From Eledone cirrhosa (Eukaryota): 64,000 bases of DNA. A program made the position numbers and the translations under genes. The stretch is from the NCBI GenBank assembly GCA_964016885.1, contig OZ024740.1, positions 133,052,001-133,116,000 of the forward strand, given 5' to 3'. How positions within the stretch are numbered: the stretch's first letter is position 1; the number at the start of each line of letters is the position of its first letter. Under the pieces are notes generated by a model. That model saw only the letters and a program-made list of their open reading frames with translations, was not told where the DNA came from and did not search any database. Of this stretch, positions 37,975-52,833 are shown in pieces.

Positions 37975-38702
37975 CTGGCTGTCTGGCTGTCTACTGTTCT
38001 GTCTATACGTCTGTCTACCTAACTATCTATCTATCTATCTAAGGCGGGTAAAATTCCCGAGATCCATGGACGAGTTCTCTCCAGCGGTCTCTGTCCCTCA
38101 TTATCGCTGCCATATCCTGCATCTCCAACAGACCAGTGTCTGTCCTTAGGGCATCAACATATGTTAACCTTCAATCTAAATTAATGTATATTTACCAATG
38201 TATCTCTTTGAGCGAAGAAATCAATAACAAAAAGTAAGTCATTGTACTTCAGTGTACAGTATATATATGCCTGACAATGAGTATATTAAATATGGAAGAA
38301 AATTATTGTAATTAATTTATATGTAAAATGGATTACGGTGATGCCAAAGAAAATCGAAGATTCATGCAATACAGAATACAGTAATCGAGACATTGTTGTA
38401 TTAATTAGTTTCTACGAAACACACCTTCATTTGCGAAGGCCATTCCGTTAGTTTGTATAGAAATCAAATGCAGAGAATGAAAATAATATAATTTCCAGGT
38501 ACTAAGAATCTCTGATAAGAGAAGACCTGATAAAACAAAGAGGTCCAGGATAGCGAAATGTCATACTGTTCTTTCTACATTTTCTATTCATCGTGTTCTC
38601 TGATAATCATTTCTAAAGATATTGCAATGGGTGTATTTGATATCTTCGTAAACATGACTCAACGAAAATCGCTTAAGTATATTGAGCTCATTATTATCGT
38701 CC

Positions 38703-38895
38703 CCAGGGGGCGGTGAATTGGCAGTATCATTAGAGTGTCAGACACCATGCTTTTCAGCATAGAGTTACGCCCCTTTATGGTCTGAGTTCAAATCCCGCCA
38801 AGGTTAACTTTGCCTTTCATCCTTACGGGGTCGATAAAATAAAGTACTATTAATGCACTGGGATAATTGATGGCCTTGTGCCAATAGTAGAAGCA
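38703..38895 (+). mobile_element. tRNA-derived SINE with 13-bp TSD
   Basis: TSD attattatcgtcc at 38690-38702 and 38896-38908. Confidence 0.9.
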
Positions 38896-40311
38896 ATTAT
38901 TATCGTCCTCTGAATGTTTTATTCATATTTATTGTATCATTTACCAGTGTATGGTAAACTTCTGTCACACTTAGTTTTGTGCCTCTGCTGGTATTTCCCC
39001 CCCCCCCCCCCCCTTCATTGAAATCAGAGATGGGTTTCTAGCATGGATATTACTATTTTGGCAGTTAAACATCAAATCTTCTTTTCTCATCTCCGGAATA
39101 ATGATACTTTATATGTATTTTATAAATATTTTCATGTTACTTCGTTTTCTGAATATTATTCACATGTTTCTTCACGTTAGATTACTTATCTATTAGTACG
39201 TCTTTCTAGAAATTCGCATTCTTCTACTATGATTGCCCCTAAAATGGTATTACACACATTCAAACAAAATGGAATGTTATAATGTCTATGATATAAGATG
39301 AAGCTACATAACGACAACACATATGAAAGCAATGGTATCAATCTCTATCATTCATAACAAATACTAATACATACAGAATGAAAACTGACGCAACTAGTTT
39401 AGAGGCATGAAAATGTAAAACATTAAAATAGTCAATGAGGGAATGAGTATAATCAGTTACTTAATAAACATTAATGTGTGATTGAAACATTAATGTGTGA
39501 TTGAGTTCATGCTAAATATATCCGAAGAAAACGCTATATATTAGGCCTGCACGAAATATGGGAAACAGAAGTCGCTCTACGTATTGGAGCTCTGCATTTG
39601 TTTGATGAACAAATGTTAGATAATATTTGAATGTAAGTAATCTGTGATCAAGTAACGAGGAGTGTATTCTGATTTTACTTCTAAAATTCATATTGAAATT
39701 AATCATCTGGTGTACTTAAAGTAAACCGAAAACCCTATATTTTAAAATCTATGTTTATTTAAAATATAATGTTACACAGTGTGCATAATCGCAATGCTAA
39801 GGCAGTATTGTACTTCTTGTATTTAGATAAGGAAACAAGGACAACATTCTCAACATTTTTTTACTGCAGGCAACCTCGCCCATCGTCGATAGCGATGAAA
39901 GGAATTGAGGATTCAATCGCAAAACTGTAGACCTGGTCAATATTTGTAACTGAATGAATTCTGCTAACCGCCCTCAAGCAAGTTGTAGGGTGCCGCAACA
40001 TGTGATCGAAAATATCTCCCACTAAGGAACTGACGCCGACTCACTAACAATTCCACCAATCAAACATGGTAGACTAGGTCTTTATTACATTTACAGCGAA
40101 AGGGTGAAAGGCAGATCGGAGGGATTTGAACATAAGGTGAACACCATAGAAAGAATACTTTCTCCAATGAATACTTTCTTCAATTCATTCTTTCTGTATC
40201 TTCAGACATATTTTATATATTTGTGTAACCCTATATATATCTCAACACACTTAGTATTGATGAACAGTAATTAGATTATGTGACTCCAATAACCGCCTCA
40301 AATTTAAATAA

Positions 40312-40446
40312 TTGTTTCTACTTTAGGCACAAGGCAAGCAATTATTCCAGTACATTACTGGTACTTTATTTTATCGACCCCGTAAGGATGAAAGGCAAAG
40401 TCAACCTCGGCGGGATTTGAACTCAGATCGTAAAGTGACGTAACTA
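40312..40446 (-). mobile_element. 5'-truncated SINE with ~11-12 bp TSD
   Basis: Reverse complement of the SINE consensus; atttaaataatt at 40302-40313 and 40446-40457. Confidence 0.85.
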
Positions 40447-41040
40447 TTTAAATAATTAAGTTTGTTTATAGTATTTTAAACGAAGCGTAAATTCGGTAAT
40501 ATGCTGGTCAACAAGAATGATTTATGATACCCATGGTAATAATACCTCACATGATGTTAATTCGGAATCTATGATCATCTTGCTGCCCATTTGAAATATC
40601 CATTAATATCTGACTTCAGAAAATATGCCAGAGGGATCCGTATGCAATAATATCCCTTGTAATTACTCGACACTTGGAAAATAATAGAATCATTTTTAGT
40701 CGAACACAGTATTCCGCTATTGTTTGATGCATTTTTGTAATTCGTTTATCATGGGTAAACTGTTGCATCAGTCAGAAATTACTAGATATTGCCAAACCCT
40801 AAAACGAAAGAAAACTGTTAATGTTGGTATATCAAATCATAACGTAGAACTTGTAACAACTTCGAATAAATATACATGTATATTTATGAAGCATGGAACA
40901 CACAAATTACGGTAGTTTACAATCGGGGTAAAAATCCACCGAGATAAAATGTTGATCATTCTACTGTCGATCAAATACACTACTAGTCAAATATTAAAGT
41001 CGAGTTAATCGTATAACCTTACCTCAAATTTCTTTAGAAA

Positions 41041-41116
41041 CAACGTCATTCAACTCCTCCCGTCGAATAACTTTAAAACAATGTCATTCAACCCCTCCCG
41101 TCGACTAACTTTAAAA
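41041..41116 (+). repeat. 38-bp tandem duplication
   Basis: caa(c/t)gtcattcaac(t/c)cctcccgtcga(a/c)taactttaaaa x2. Confidence 0.85.
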
Positions 41117-41799
41117 TCTAAAATTGACCTATGGTTGGGCTTTGTTTGTGATAACAATTCGGAAATAATGTCTCCAGTCCCATAAGGGAAATGCTATTAA
41201 AACTATTATTGATTAACCATTTCTGTCATTGTAACTATTGATATTATTGTTTAGTCCAAAAGCTGCTCTGATCATATTAACCAATCTCCAAAGTCTTTCT
41301 AAATGTATTATTTTGCCGTAACCCACCAAATTTTATATTATTCTGATTTTGCTTTGAGGACGACAAAGTAAGAGTTGGCAAAGATTTAGCTATAGGACTC
41401 AGAGTTCTCACTGGTACTTTTCTTTCTATTTTAGTGTTGTACTTTTCAACTGCTAATCTTTTCCTGATAGAAACTAGAATTACATTACTCAATTAATATA
41501 TCAATATATATTATCAAATTTCGGTATAAAATACTAGCATAAATTACTGAAATGGGAATAGTCTATAACAATATGTTACATTAATACATATCTACAAACG
41601 TTATCTGTTAAAATCTAAACATTTTTTCAGCATATATCAATATTTAGAATCAATCAACACTGAGCAGCAAATTCATGTACAGTAAATTAAAAGTATAGTA
41701 TTGTATCATCTAAACACAATAAAGTTGGTTAAGATTATTTACAACGATAATTGGTTATGCATCGATTCTACCGGGAATCATAATGGCACCATATTGACC

Positions 41800-42390
41800 T
41801 ACCGTGTGTCTGGAACATTTTCAAACCTGTTCTTGACTTCCTTATCTGCCAGTGTTTCCCGTTTATCTGTATGTCGACCTGGACATGCCAGTAATGTGCG
41901 CTCTCTTGCTTTAGGTAGTCTCTAGTTGCTGATAACTAGATGGTAATCAGTTGACAGTTAAGCCTCTCTTGTAACAAGAAAATCCAGCAGAGAATTGAAG
42001 AGATCAGAAACAATAACAAAATAATCGATTCCCATCATATATAGTGTATTTATGGATGTTTTTGTGCCGAGAGAAATTGTTAATAATAGACAGCAAATTA
42101 CATGAACAGAAGTATCATAAGGCCTCTCCATCGTATTTGGATCGGAATCAACATACCTTCTCTCCACACATTTCCATGTCAGGTTCACAGTGCCAATATG
42201 AGTATTGAGATCTATAAAGATATGTGACTTAGTCATAACTACAACCAGCGATGCAGTAACTTCATCAAAACAGGATCTGTATTCAGTCTCTCTGTTTGGA
42301 CAATATATATGCACCACACAGAGAGGCATCTTACAGCCTAAACTCAATGAGCTAATACTCCCTCCAAATTGAATCCAGTCCATAAATTAA
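41800..42390 (-). pseudogene. Degenerate RTE-like AP endonuclease fragment
   Basis: VVHIYCPN..EY..DLNTHIG..TWK..DPN resembles the RTE APE (YAPN, GDFNAHVG) motifs. Confidence 0.55.
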
Positions 42391-44146
42391 TAAGTGTTCC
42401 AGTGGCTAGGCAATATTCTCCCACCCGCCTGATTTTGCGTCGGAACTAACATTGTCGCCTATTACTGCCGTAGTAGTTTATCGCTGTTTTTCCATGGTTG
42501 ATTATTCGTCCGTCAGGAGCCCGCTTATATCGCAACTAACATTCATATCTGGTGGCCCTATCACTATTCGATAAAATGAAGTTAAAGTACATGCTATATT
42601 TAAAATGTCAGCGCCTAATTTACTGTTCCTTATAATTACATGTGTAACTCTTTTTAAGTAACATCGTTCACAGCCGATTCAAAAATGATGGGACAACTGA
42701 GCTAAATCACGATGGTGCGTACCTCGTCACAAGTGATATTTATTCAAATAAGTTTGTTTGATGTAGCTTAACTCTCTATTTTATTAGAGTATATGAATAC
42801 ACATTTCATTAGAGTTTAGACACCGGAAACTCTATAAGGGAGTTGTTAATAACAGTGCACTGTGTGTATTCCCACAAGCTACTATTGAATATATAGAAGC
42901 TACAATCACAACCAATTTCTGCTATGTAGGACTAAGTCTTAAATTCAACTACATGTTATATGATAGCATTCTTGTTGGGAGAGTGAGTGTGAGCATGAGC
43001 ATCACACTTTTCCCTTCATTTTATAATCTAGTGAAAAGAGTATATATAGAGTACTGACGCAAATATCGTACACTATCATTTTTCCGATTGAATCAAATAC
43101 ACCCGCAAATATTGATCTCGTGGGAATATAACAATTCATGGCAATTTATTCAAAATTTACTATTTGAAACCAACAATTAGAAATAGGGATTCTGAAAACG
43201 ATGTATTGTATGAAATGTAGTGAAAATTTAATCGGGCTATGATTTAACATATTTAAACTGCTCAAGCCAGATTCATTATGAAAACATACATTTGGATGGA
43301 AATATACTAAAATTGAAATATATATTACCTCATCAATTCTGTAATAAATTGACCCAAATGTTTAGAAATATAGAGAATACACGTAATTTTCCATCATGAC
43401 TGTAATTGATGTCGAACAAGCCAGTGAGTCATTCTATGACAACTTTACAGCATGATGGAGGTTTGTATTAAAATGATTAATTGCTGACACTAAATGATAT
43501 GTATTATCTTAATGGAACGATCAATTAACAACGGCATTTTATTATATTGAAACTTGTTCGGAGTAATTCTCAGCAATATTTTGATTCTCACTTTACAGTT
43601 TAAGATAATATGTTATAGGAAAGTTTTTAAATATCTTAGTTTAATATTAAGTTATTGTTTACAAAACAGAAACATCAAATTCCCTTCTTTGGATTTAATA
43701 TGATATTAATGATAATTATACCGATAGTGAATAAGTAGGGACGCAGCACAGGAACCAGTTTGTAACTATGTAAACATGAGCTCACCATTCTTGTGTTCAG
43801 TTTAAATGCACTACCAATAGATATATATATATATTTCTCATGACTTTAGAATGAGAAGATACACGCCAAAATTATATTCCTAAACAGGGTTTATTATCTT
43901 AAAGACGATTCTTTATTTCCTGAACTTTCTTATTTGTTTTCATAATTTCTATCGCCTACAAATACATCAAATATTCCATTTCTCTCACGATTTCCATAGC
44001 ACCGCCATATTGTAATCTATTTCCACATTTAATTAGATATTTCATTACTATACTTTAATCACGCCATTCTGAAACAGAAAAATCCCCACATACGCACACG
44101 TATGCACCTCCATACACACATACACATATATATATAATTATATATA

Positions 44147-44181
<35 letters not shown>

Positions 44182-44182
44182 C

Positions 44183-44285
44183 ATTAAAATTAAGAGTTGT
44201 CATGTCTGAGAGACATGCGCCATATCCACTGTAGAATAAGCTCAAAGGTTAGATCCGAGCATTACATATCAACTAGAAATAGATT

Positions 44286-44360
<75 letters not shown>

Positions 44361-44549
44361 AACATATGAAACAATCACATGGAATAATTTGTAAAGAATG
44401 TAAGCACACATAGCTAGGTAGGTAACTAATTAAAGTTTAACTAGAACTTCAAATATAGATACCTTTTAAAATGATTAATCTCCTTTGTATATATTTCTTT
44501 AAGTAAGAAATATATTTCACCAATTAATCCGTGTATGACAGTAGTTAAA

Positions 44550-44552
<3 letters not shown>
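44183..44552 (-). mobile_element. Third copy of the pLTR-like arm of the 29.6-30.2 kb palindrome
   Basis: attaaaattaagagttgtcatgtctgagagacatgcgcc...gaaatatatttcacc matches 29563-29886; keeps only the 3' half of the hammerhead; flanked by (TA)n. Confidence 0.8.
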
Positions 44553-44585
<33 letters not shown>

Positions 44586-46062
44586 CATTTTCACAATGAA
44601 AGTATTTCGAGATCCCAACCATCCTTTTCAAACATTTGCCCTAGCCGCCCAAACATTCTCTTTTATAGTATTCCAGATCTACCGTCCACGTCTCGCAAAC
44701 AGTCTCGTCCTGATAACTAATACTTTTCAGAGATTTACCATACCTTTCAACACAAGCCGTTTTATGTCGCATTCATTTATTCGATAAAGAAAAATAGCTG
44801 AAATTCTATGTTTAGCATTATTCAATCTCTATAAAATATATTAAATCCAATGAAAGTATTTGCTCCGGGGAGCCATAACCTTTTAGACTAACGAAAGAGA
44901 ATCTTTTAAAAGCAAAACTTGTCGCTTGTTGCCGGAGCGATAAGCAATACTATTTGCTACTTTCTATTTTTCGTTTTTATTCCCCAAACTCTTACATTTT
45001 TAACTCAAGAGAGTTAATCTTTAGCGGTGCTTTGCAATGTATAACTATAATACCATCTTCTTGTCAGGAGCTTCTTAAAAGATAATAAAAATACAGCAAT
45101 GAAAAATGAAAATAGATGCTAACAAAGTAGCAAACCAACATAAATAAATAAAGAAACAAAACAATGTCTCGTAATGTTGGTTGCTATTTTTCTTCTAAAT
45201 GTATTGACATTGTTCCTTTTCGTAAAAGCTTCACTTCAGAAGAAGCCATACGATCTCTTGACATTCTGATACCATATTTTGTATAAGTCCCCTCAGGTTT
45301 TAAGATCATACGCTGTTTAGAATAAAAATTTTCTTATGATAATTCCCATAGAATTAAGTGCAAAAAGAAACAGAAAACAAGTTAAATATTAACAAAATAA
45401 AATTAAATCATGTCAAAATTGAAATGATATTTCTTAAACATTTGCACAGCAGGTAAACATTTCTAATATGCAGTGCATTGAAGTACAGTGCAATAACAGC
45501 AAAAATCGATAGGTAAGAAATAATTGCAGATCTTTCACCCTGGAAAGATTACATTAACTCTTTGAGAGCATGAATAGTTCTCAGTTTGTTTCATATAGAA
45601 AAATGAACATTCAACTTCGACATGAATAATTCACTACTCATATGACAGGAAAATAATCAAATTGTTGTTTATTTAAAACTAGAGTTGTGCTTAGGTCAGT
45701 TTTTATGTAATATTATCAGTATTTTATCAATTTCCTATAATTTTATTTATATTTATTTTGTTAACTGTAGTTTTGATTAAATCATACGGTCATTTATTCA
45801 TTATCGTATTATTATTGAATGTTATGTCATTATTGATTTGAACATTTAATGTCTGATATTAGCAATATTTCTAACAGTTTAAGAAAGTTTATTTAGTAGT
45901 TTATATCTTGTGTTACCGGTGCGGTTATAATTTTATATCATCAGTTGAAACTGTGAGTTTTCATTCGATTATATAATAATTGCATGTGATATTTTAGAAT
46001 TTAATATCTAATTAATAATTTGTGTCAATTATTAGACATTAATACTTAACATTTCGGCACTT

Positions 46063-49000
46063 GAACAACAACCACACCACCACCAGCATCACCCAAAACA
46101 CCAAAAACGCAAATACAACAAAACACACACACCCAACAGCAACAACAAGAAAACAGCAACAAAATCACCTCTCCCCCCAAAAGTACACATAAACATGGCA
46201 AATAAAGAACTCTTACAAAATATAAAGCAGCACATAGACATCACAGAAAATAATTACTACACCCCACCAACCCCAAGAACGCTCCCGACAAACATCATTG
46301 AAATCAAATAGAACATTACAAATTTTTAAAACAAAAATTCCCTAACGCAGTTGGAGACTTAACAGGGCCGGTTATCAAGAAGTTATACACCGACATCCTC
46401 TTGGAAACACCCATGACCAGCCAAAGGGACGGTTCTACTGTCGCTTCACCACACGATCAAGGTCAGTGATCCTTTCTCACTTACCCTGTTTCTCATCCAA
46501 TATGGACGTACTTAAAATAGGTAGTATAAATGTACGTGGCCGGGGGGTCGTTTGGAAGCAGGGTCACCTGATCAACGACCTCAGGTCACTAAACATAGAT
46601 GTGGTGGCCATCAGTGAGACCAGAATCTCTGAAGCCTTCGCAACGATCTTCAATGGCTACGATGTATACGCATCACCCAGCCCTCCAGGATCGGGGGGAG
46701 GGGTTGCCGGGCCTTTTCGGTGGTGCTGGACGTCACCGGCAGCAAAAGCAATGATATCAGGCTAGTAGCCGTCTACGCCCCGACAGGGGCAGGACGGCCA
46801 GACGTCTAGAGACTTTTCTTGTAACGTCCCGCTCTTTAGTGTTAGTGGGCGACTGGAACGATATCTTAGATACACGCTGGGATTATGTGGGGCTAGTAGA
46901 CAGGACAGGAAGGTGTAAAAGCCCCAACAACCTGCTGAGACGTTTTGAACTGTCTGACAGCTATAGACTGGATTATCCGAATGTGCCAATGTGGACATGG
47001 ACAAACCCCACCGGGTCATCCAGATCGTATTTAGATAGGGTATTCTCTGTAGGGAAACAGATAAGGCTAGTGTAGGTTATCCATAATTTAAAATAGTCGA
47101 CTACACGGAACACAAATTTGTGATCTTTGAAGTTGACTTAGATAGACTCCATAGGCAAGGGCCTGGCTACTGGAAGCTTAACGCGTCGTTCCCGGCGCGC
47201 AAAGCTTGAGAGACCGGATTAGCGTATTAGTTAAGCCAGCGTTGTCGGGTGCGATCGTCAACAACAGGTACTGGTTTACCCTGAAAAGGGCTATTAGAGT
47301 AGAATCGATAAGGTTTAGCAAAGGAGGTGTGATAGAAGAAAATAGAGTAGAGGGAGAGTTAGTTAGAAAGCTAGAAGAGGCGTTTAGGACAGGCATCGCA
47401 AACGACGTGCTTGCGGCGAGATTGGCACTCGAACGATTCTTCAAAGCAAAGCATGAAGGCTACATTGTCAGAGCTAGAACGCGTGCTCTAAGACACGAGG
47501 GGACGAAAGCCGTTCAATGGGCCCGGGTGTTGGAGGCGCGACGTGGCAACAGGTCCAAAATTCGGTCTTTGCCTGATGAAAACGGGCGCATGTTGCTCGA
47601 ACCTGAGCAGATGTGTGCGGCTTTTCAACAGCACTTTCCTCAATTGTTCGGGAGCGGCGGCGCGCCGAATCGGAGTATGGACTTCGGTGCATACCTCGAC
47701 GGACTGCCGCGGCTCTCGATGACCGCAGCGCAGTGCTATGAAAAGCAGATAACAGCAGGTGAAATACGGGACGCGATGTCTGACTGCATGAGGGGTTTAT
47801 CGCCAGGCTTGGATGGCCTGCCCTACGAGCTTTATGCGTATATGCCAGACTTTTTCGGCGACCTCTTTGCAGATGTCTACTGCAACTGACAGTAGAACGG
47901 GAGCATTCCCAGTTTTGTGAGCCGGGGAGCGGTGGCGCTGCTGAGAAAAGACCCGAACAAGGGGGACGTTATAGACAACTTCAGGCCCATAACTCTGCTA
48001 AACGCAGAGTTTAAGATTTTGGCCAAGATGTTAGCAAAGAGATTGGCGCTTGTCGTCGGTGATCTGGTGGGAGAGGCGCAAACATGCGTCATCCCGGACA
48101 GATGCATCCACGACAACCTCCATCTCATGTGATACATCATAGAGAGGGTGATTAAGGAACCTGGCACGGGTAGGGCCCTGCTCAACTTGGATCAATCTAA
48201 AGCATTTGATAGGGTCGGCCATCGGTATTTGGCTGCGGTTGTCGAGGCGACCGGCTTCGGGTCCGTTTTTATGGGCTGGATCGCTGCGATGCACAGCGAC
48301 ATCTGCTCGATTGTGAGGGTGAATGGTCACCTGTCGCAGCAATTCAGCATCATGCGCTCGGTCCACCAGGGTTGACACCTTTCGTCCCTCTTTTACGTAC
48401 TGGCCCTATAGACACAAATTGGAGACGCGAACTGGGATGCGAGAGATCCGTGTCAGTTTACGCCAACGACGTCACCGTGGTGGTGTCGAGCACCAAACAC
48501 GTCCAGATCCTCGGCACCGCTCACAAAGAATACGAAGCGGTGACAAGACAAAGGTAAACCAGGAAAATTCTGTGGGCTTGCAACTCGGCACCTGGAGAGG
48601 CAAGCCCATGTCATCCGACAGCGTCGTGGGGCGCTAATGGACGGACCGGTTAAATTGCTCGGTGTCTGGTTCGGTCCAGACCTCCAGAGGGAGAACAAAT
48701 ATAGCGAGGTGACGAGCAGAGTGGCCTCTCTGACCCAGAAATGGGCCGAGAGGAAGCTGTCCATGAACGGCCGGGCGGGGTCGTGAATGCGTACATAGCG
48801 TCCGTCATCTGCTACCGCCTAACCGTCGTACCTTGCCCGGCCCAACTCTGACCAAAATGGAGCGCCTTCTCTTCCGCTTTTTGTGGAAGGGACGTGCTCC
48901 CATGGTCAGATGATCCATTTGCTGTCAACACGCGTTGCGTGGAGGACTTGGCATGCCGTGGCTGATGATGCGCAAACATGCGCTGAGGCTGTGATCTCTG

Positions 49001-50139
49001 GTGCCTCCTTAACGGTGAACAGGTGTGGTCGCCGTTTGCCAGACGCGCTTTTCCCCAGCTCGTCTCTTTGACGGAGCTGCAGTCCTGGATAAGGAAAAGA
49101 CCGAGGGATAGCGCTTGGAAGCTGGAATGTCTCCAAGCGCTCACCTCCCTCTACTGGCTGGGCACTATGATCGGTGGAACATCCACCTCGGCGTTCTATA
49201 GAGATCTAGTGGAGGGAAAGAGCGACGACGTTCTCGGGGAGACCCTGGGCGTCTAAGACGATCAGCTGTTCGCTCTCTCCAAGAGAACTTTGAGACCGGT
49301 GACTATGGACAACCTCCAGATATGCCTGGCCTGGCAGTGCTACCGGAAAGCGTTGCCGGTTCGGGATATGATCTACAGGCACAGAGATACTGGCAGCCGA
49401 GCCCGTCCGAGAAGCGCTCAGGGCGACGAAACCGGCCTGCACGCACTCGTTCAGTTCCTAACGATTGATGACTTGTGGAGCTATGTATAACAGTTGCTGT
49501 GCGTGTAGGACGGATACGGTTATCGACTGAGTCCATTGTGCAGATAGCCCCGCCATCGTCCTTTGAAGAGGAGGAAGGGAAGGCAGTTTTCATCTGCCTG
49601 GTGGCCATGGCGAAAGAGATTGTGTGGTGGACAAGGTTGAAAGGGTTAAAGACAGATACTTTCCTCTCCGGCGAATCCCTGATTAACTTTTTCAAGTTTC
49701 ACTTGAAGAGGAAAATCAGGATGGAGACGCAAGTGCCGTCTTCTAGCAACTGTTTTGAAAGGTGCGTGAATATAGCGAGAATGATACGAGTGAACGGGTC
49801 CGCTCTGAATATACGCTTGTAGTTTGAGAAATTGGAACAAATTGAGAGAGGGCGCTTGCTCTAGTGGGCAGGGTGGCCGTGGTCTTTTGTGTGGTTTTCG
49901 CCACGAGTAACCCTCGGAGGTTTCCCACCTATTGGGGATTTTTTTATTGTTTGAATTTTCAGTTTTATTGTTTATATATATATATGTTTCTATGTCTTTT
50001 TTTCTTTTCTTATATTAATAATAAAATCTTTACACGCACAAAACCCACATCGTACCGACCTGTGCCGTCTGTAATGTTTTTCTTTGTGTCAGTCCTTGTG
50101 GCCAATAAAGAAATCATTATTATTATTATTATTATTATT
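46063..50139 (+). mobile_element. Tx1/L1-group LINE copy C, 5'-truncated, decayed
   Basis: ORF1 tail to 46469, ORF2 46502-49822 (GSINVRG, SETR, GDWN, SPGLDGLPYELY, LDQSKAFDRV, YAND), distinct 3'UTR, (ATT)n at 50116-50139. Confidence 0.9.
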
Positions 50140-50142
50140 GTT

Positions 50143-52812
50143 CTTTGAGTCTCAGACATTGATGTTATTCAACTTGAAAGTTTGTTGAAATGAATATCAA
50201 GGCACTACCTGCAGCCTCAGATATTTAGGACGTATCGGAGGGTTCTTGCTGACTAATTTTCTTGACCAATTTTCTTTAACCATGCTTGGAAACCCTTTGA
50301 GATAGTACCTAGTGCGCCTATGACAATCGGGACCACTTTGACTTCATGGCAGTTCCAAATCCTTTTTACATCCCACTTAAGTCCTGGTATCGGTTAATTT
50401 TCTCCCTCTCCCTCTCTTGCACTCTCGTGTCGAATGGGTAGGTTACATCCACAATCAGGCACGAACTTTTTTCCTTGTGCAAAACCACCAGGTCAGGTCT
50501 ATTTTGTTCCAGTTTCTCGTCTGTCTGTATCCTAAAATCCCACAGCACCTTCACCTGATCGTTTTCTATCACCGACTCTGGCTTATGCTTATACCACTTC
50601 TCAGAATGTGGTAAATTGTTTACTTTGCATAGGTGCCAGTGGATCACCCTTCCCATCACAACATGTCTCCAGCCTTTATAGTGAGTCTGGGCTAGGTGTT
50701 TACACTCGGATACAATGTGAGCCAATGTCTTCTCTCAATGTTTCAGCCACTTCGTTTTGAGAGCCTGCTCTTGCCCATCCATTAGCATTCCTTCTGTAGC
50801 TTTTTTAAGGTCTCCTCTTTTCAATCAGTTCGATGTCTGTGGATCTCTAAATTCAGCTTTCTCAAAGAGGTACTATGAAGGAATTTTTCATGAAAGTTGC
50901 TCTTTCTCCTTGTTGTAATTTCCTCTTTGGACATCCACTGGTCTATTGTCCTCTCCTTCAGTACAATTCTGATCATAGGCTCCCTACTATCAGTCACGTA
51001 TTTGTGTAGGTTGTTTTTGTCCATCTGAACACAGTCCTCTATGCTGATAAGACCTCTTCCACCTTCAGATCTCCTTAAGTAGAGTATATCGACATCACTC
51101 CTCTTGTGGAACATGTTGTAGATAGTCAATAGCTTCCTAGTCTTCCTATCCATTTCTTTTTGTTCAGCACCATTCCATCTAAGAATTCCCGCATTGTACC
51201 TAATAATAGACACAGCTTGGGAATTCACTGCACTTATGACATTCCTACTATTCAGATGTGATTTTAATACGCTCCTAATGTACTCAGATCTTATCAATTC
51301 CTTCATGTTTTTGTTCTTGATGTCATCAGCCTCCAGAACACCCAAATAATTGTATCCTTCTTCAGTGTCAATTTCCTTTATCATCTCACCTGTTTGTACC
51401 TGGATTCCGTTACTTCTACAGAAGGACTCCACACTTCATCAGAAGGACTCCACACTTACTAATATTAAATTGCATACATATATCATTGCTGAAAATACGG
51501 ACAGTGTCAACTAGCACATCCAACTTTTTCTCACTCTTCCCAAAGAGTTTAAGATCATCCATGAAGAGGAGGTGAGATGATGGTAAGCTCTCCCTTTCCC
51601 AACTTGTATCCTGCTCTCACCTTAGCAGTATAATCGTCAGGGGTATAAGGACAAACAACAGAGGGGACCAACTATCTCCCTGGAAGATACCTCTCTTGAT
51701 CTTCACGCTTCCCGAGGATTCTCCAGCTGAAGTTAACTCTGTTTTCCAGGACTTCATACTTTTGCTCAACAACTGTCTGATGTTATCTGCCACCTTGGTT
51801 ATCCAAGAATATGGTATCATGTCGAATGCCATTTTGTAGTCTATCCATCCCATGGCAAGACCAGTGTGTCTCCTCTTGCAATTCCTCATTATCATCTTAT
51901 CAATAAGTAACTGGTCCTTTGTACCACAGGACTTCTTTCGGCATCCTTTCTGTTCGTCCGGTAACAAGTTGTTTATGTGGAGGTGATGGTAGATTTCTTC
52001 AGACACAATGCTTGTTAACAGTTTCCACATTACGGACAGACATGTGATATGTCTATAGTTGGTAACATCATTACCCTTGATTCGGTCTGTCATTACCAGA
52101 ACTGTGGTACATCTTGTCAACCAATCTGGTACCTCACTTGACATCAAGCAGTCATTGAACATGGTTGTCAGTTTCGGGTGGAGGGATGTTATATTTTTTA
52201 ATCCAATACCCCTGCACACCACCTGGGCCTGGTGATTTCCAGTTGGTTAGTTTTTTGGTCTGCCCTTTAAGAGTTTCAACTGTGATACTCAAATCAGTTT
52301 GTTGGTGTTATTCTTCACTAATCTCCTTTTGTACTGTCTCACTCCACACTGCTTGATCATTATGTTCAACATCCTGCTCCCGTATTCCTCTCCAGAATGT
52401 CTTAGACTGTTTCACCTCAGGGATCAAGTGGCTGACTCTTTGTTTCCCTTTAAGCTGCCCAAACAACATCTTCTGGTTGTTTTCAAACAAGCGGGTTTGT
52501 CTATACTTACTGACTCTGCCCTTTTATTGCCTAGTCTTTTCACTCTTTGCTACAATGCGTTGCTTCAGTTCCTCTATAATAATATTTAGCTTTTTCCTCC
52601 TAGTTTTCTACTTTACTTTCAGTCTATTTATAGTGTCTATGTATTTTAGTGTCACATTCAGTAGGGACTCAAGCTTTCCAATCTGATTTCTCATTTCCCT
52701 GAATTGACAATTTAGTCGTTTCTTCCACCAAAAGTCTAATCTTTCTTGTTTGTTGTTTCCTATCGTTTTTATGCCAAGTAATTTCCTCACCGCATTTGCT
52801 GTTACTTTGAGG
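50143..52812 (-). mobile_element. R4/Dong LINE, 5'-truncated, with internal deletions
   Basis: Same 3' terminus and RT/RLE motifs as 6346-8597; bounded by (ATT)n. Confidence 0.9.
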
Positions 52813-52833
52813 ATTATTATTAATATTATTATT

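Noticed and set aside
45184-45330. Possible host exon on minus (TTCTAAACAG then ~42 open codons); similar acceptor at ~39869 on +
   Set aside because: No recognisable protein and no partner exons; expected by chance in AT-rich DNA
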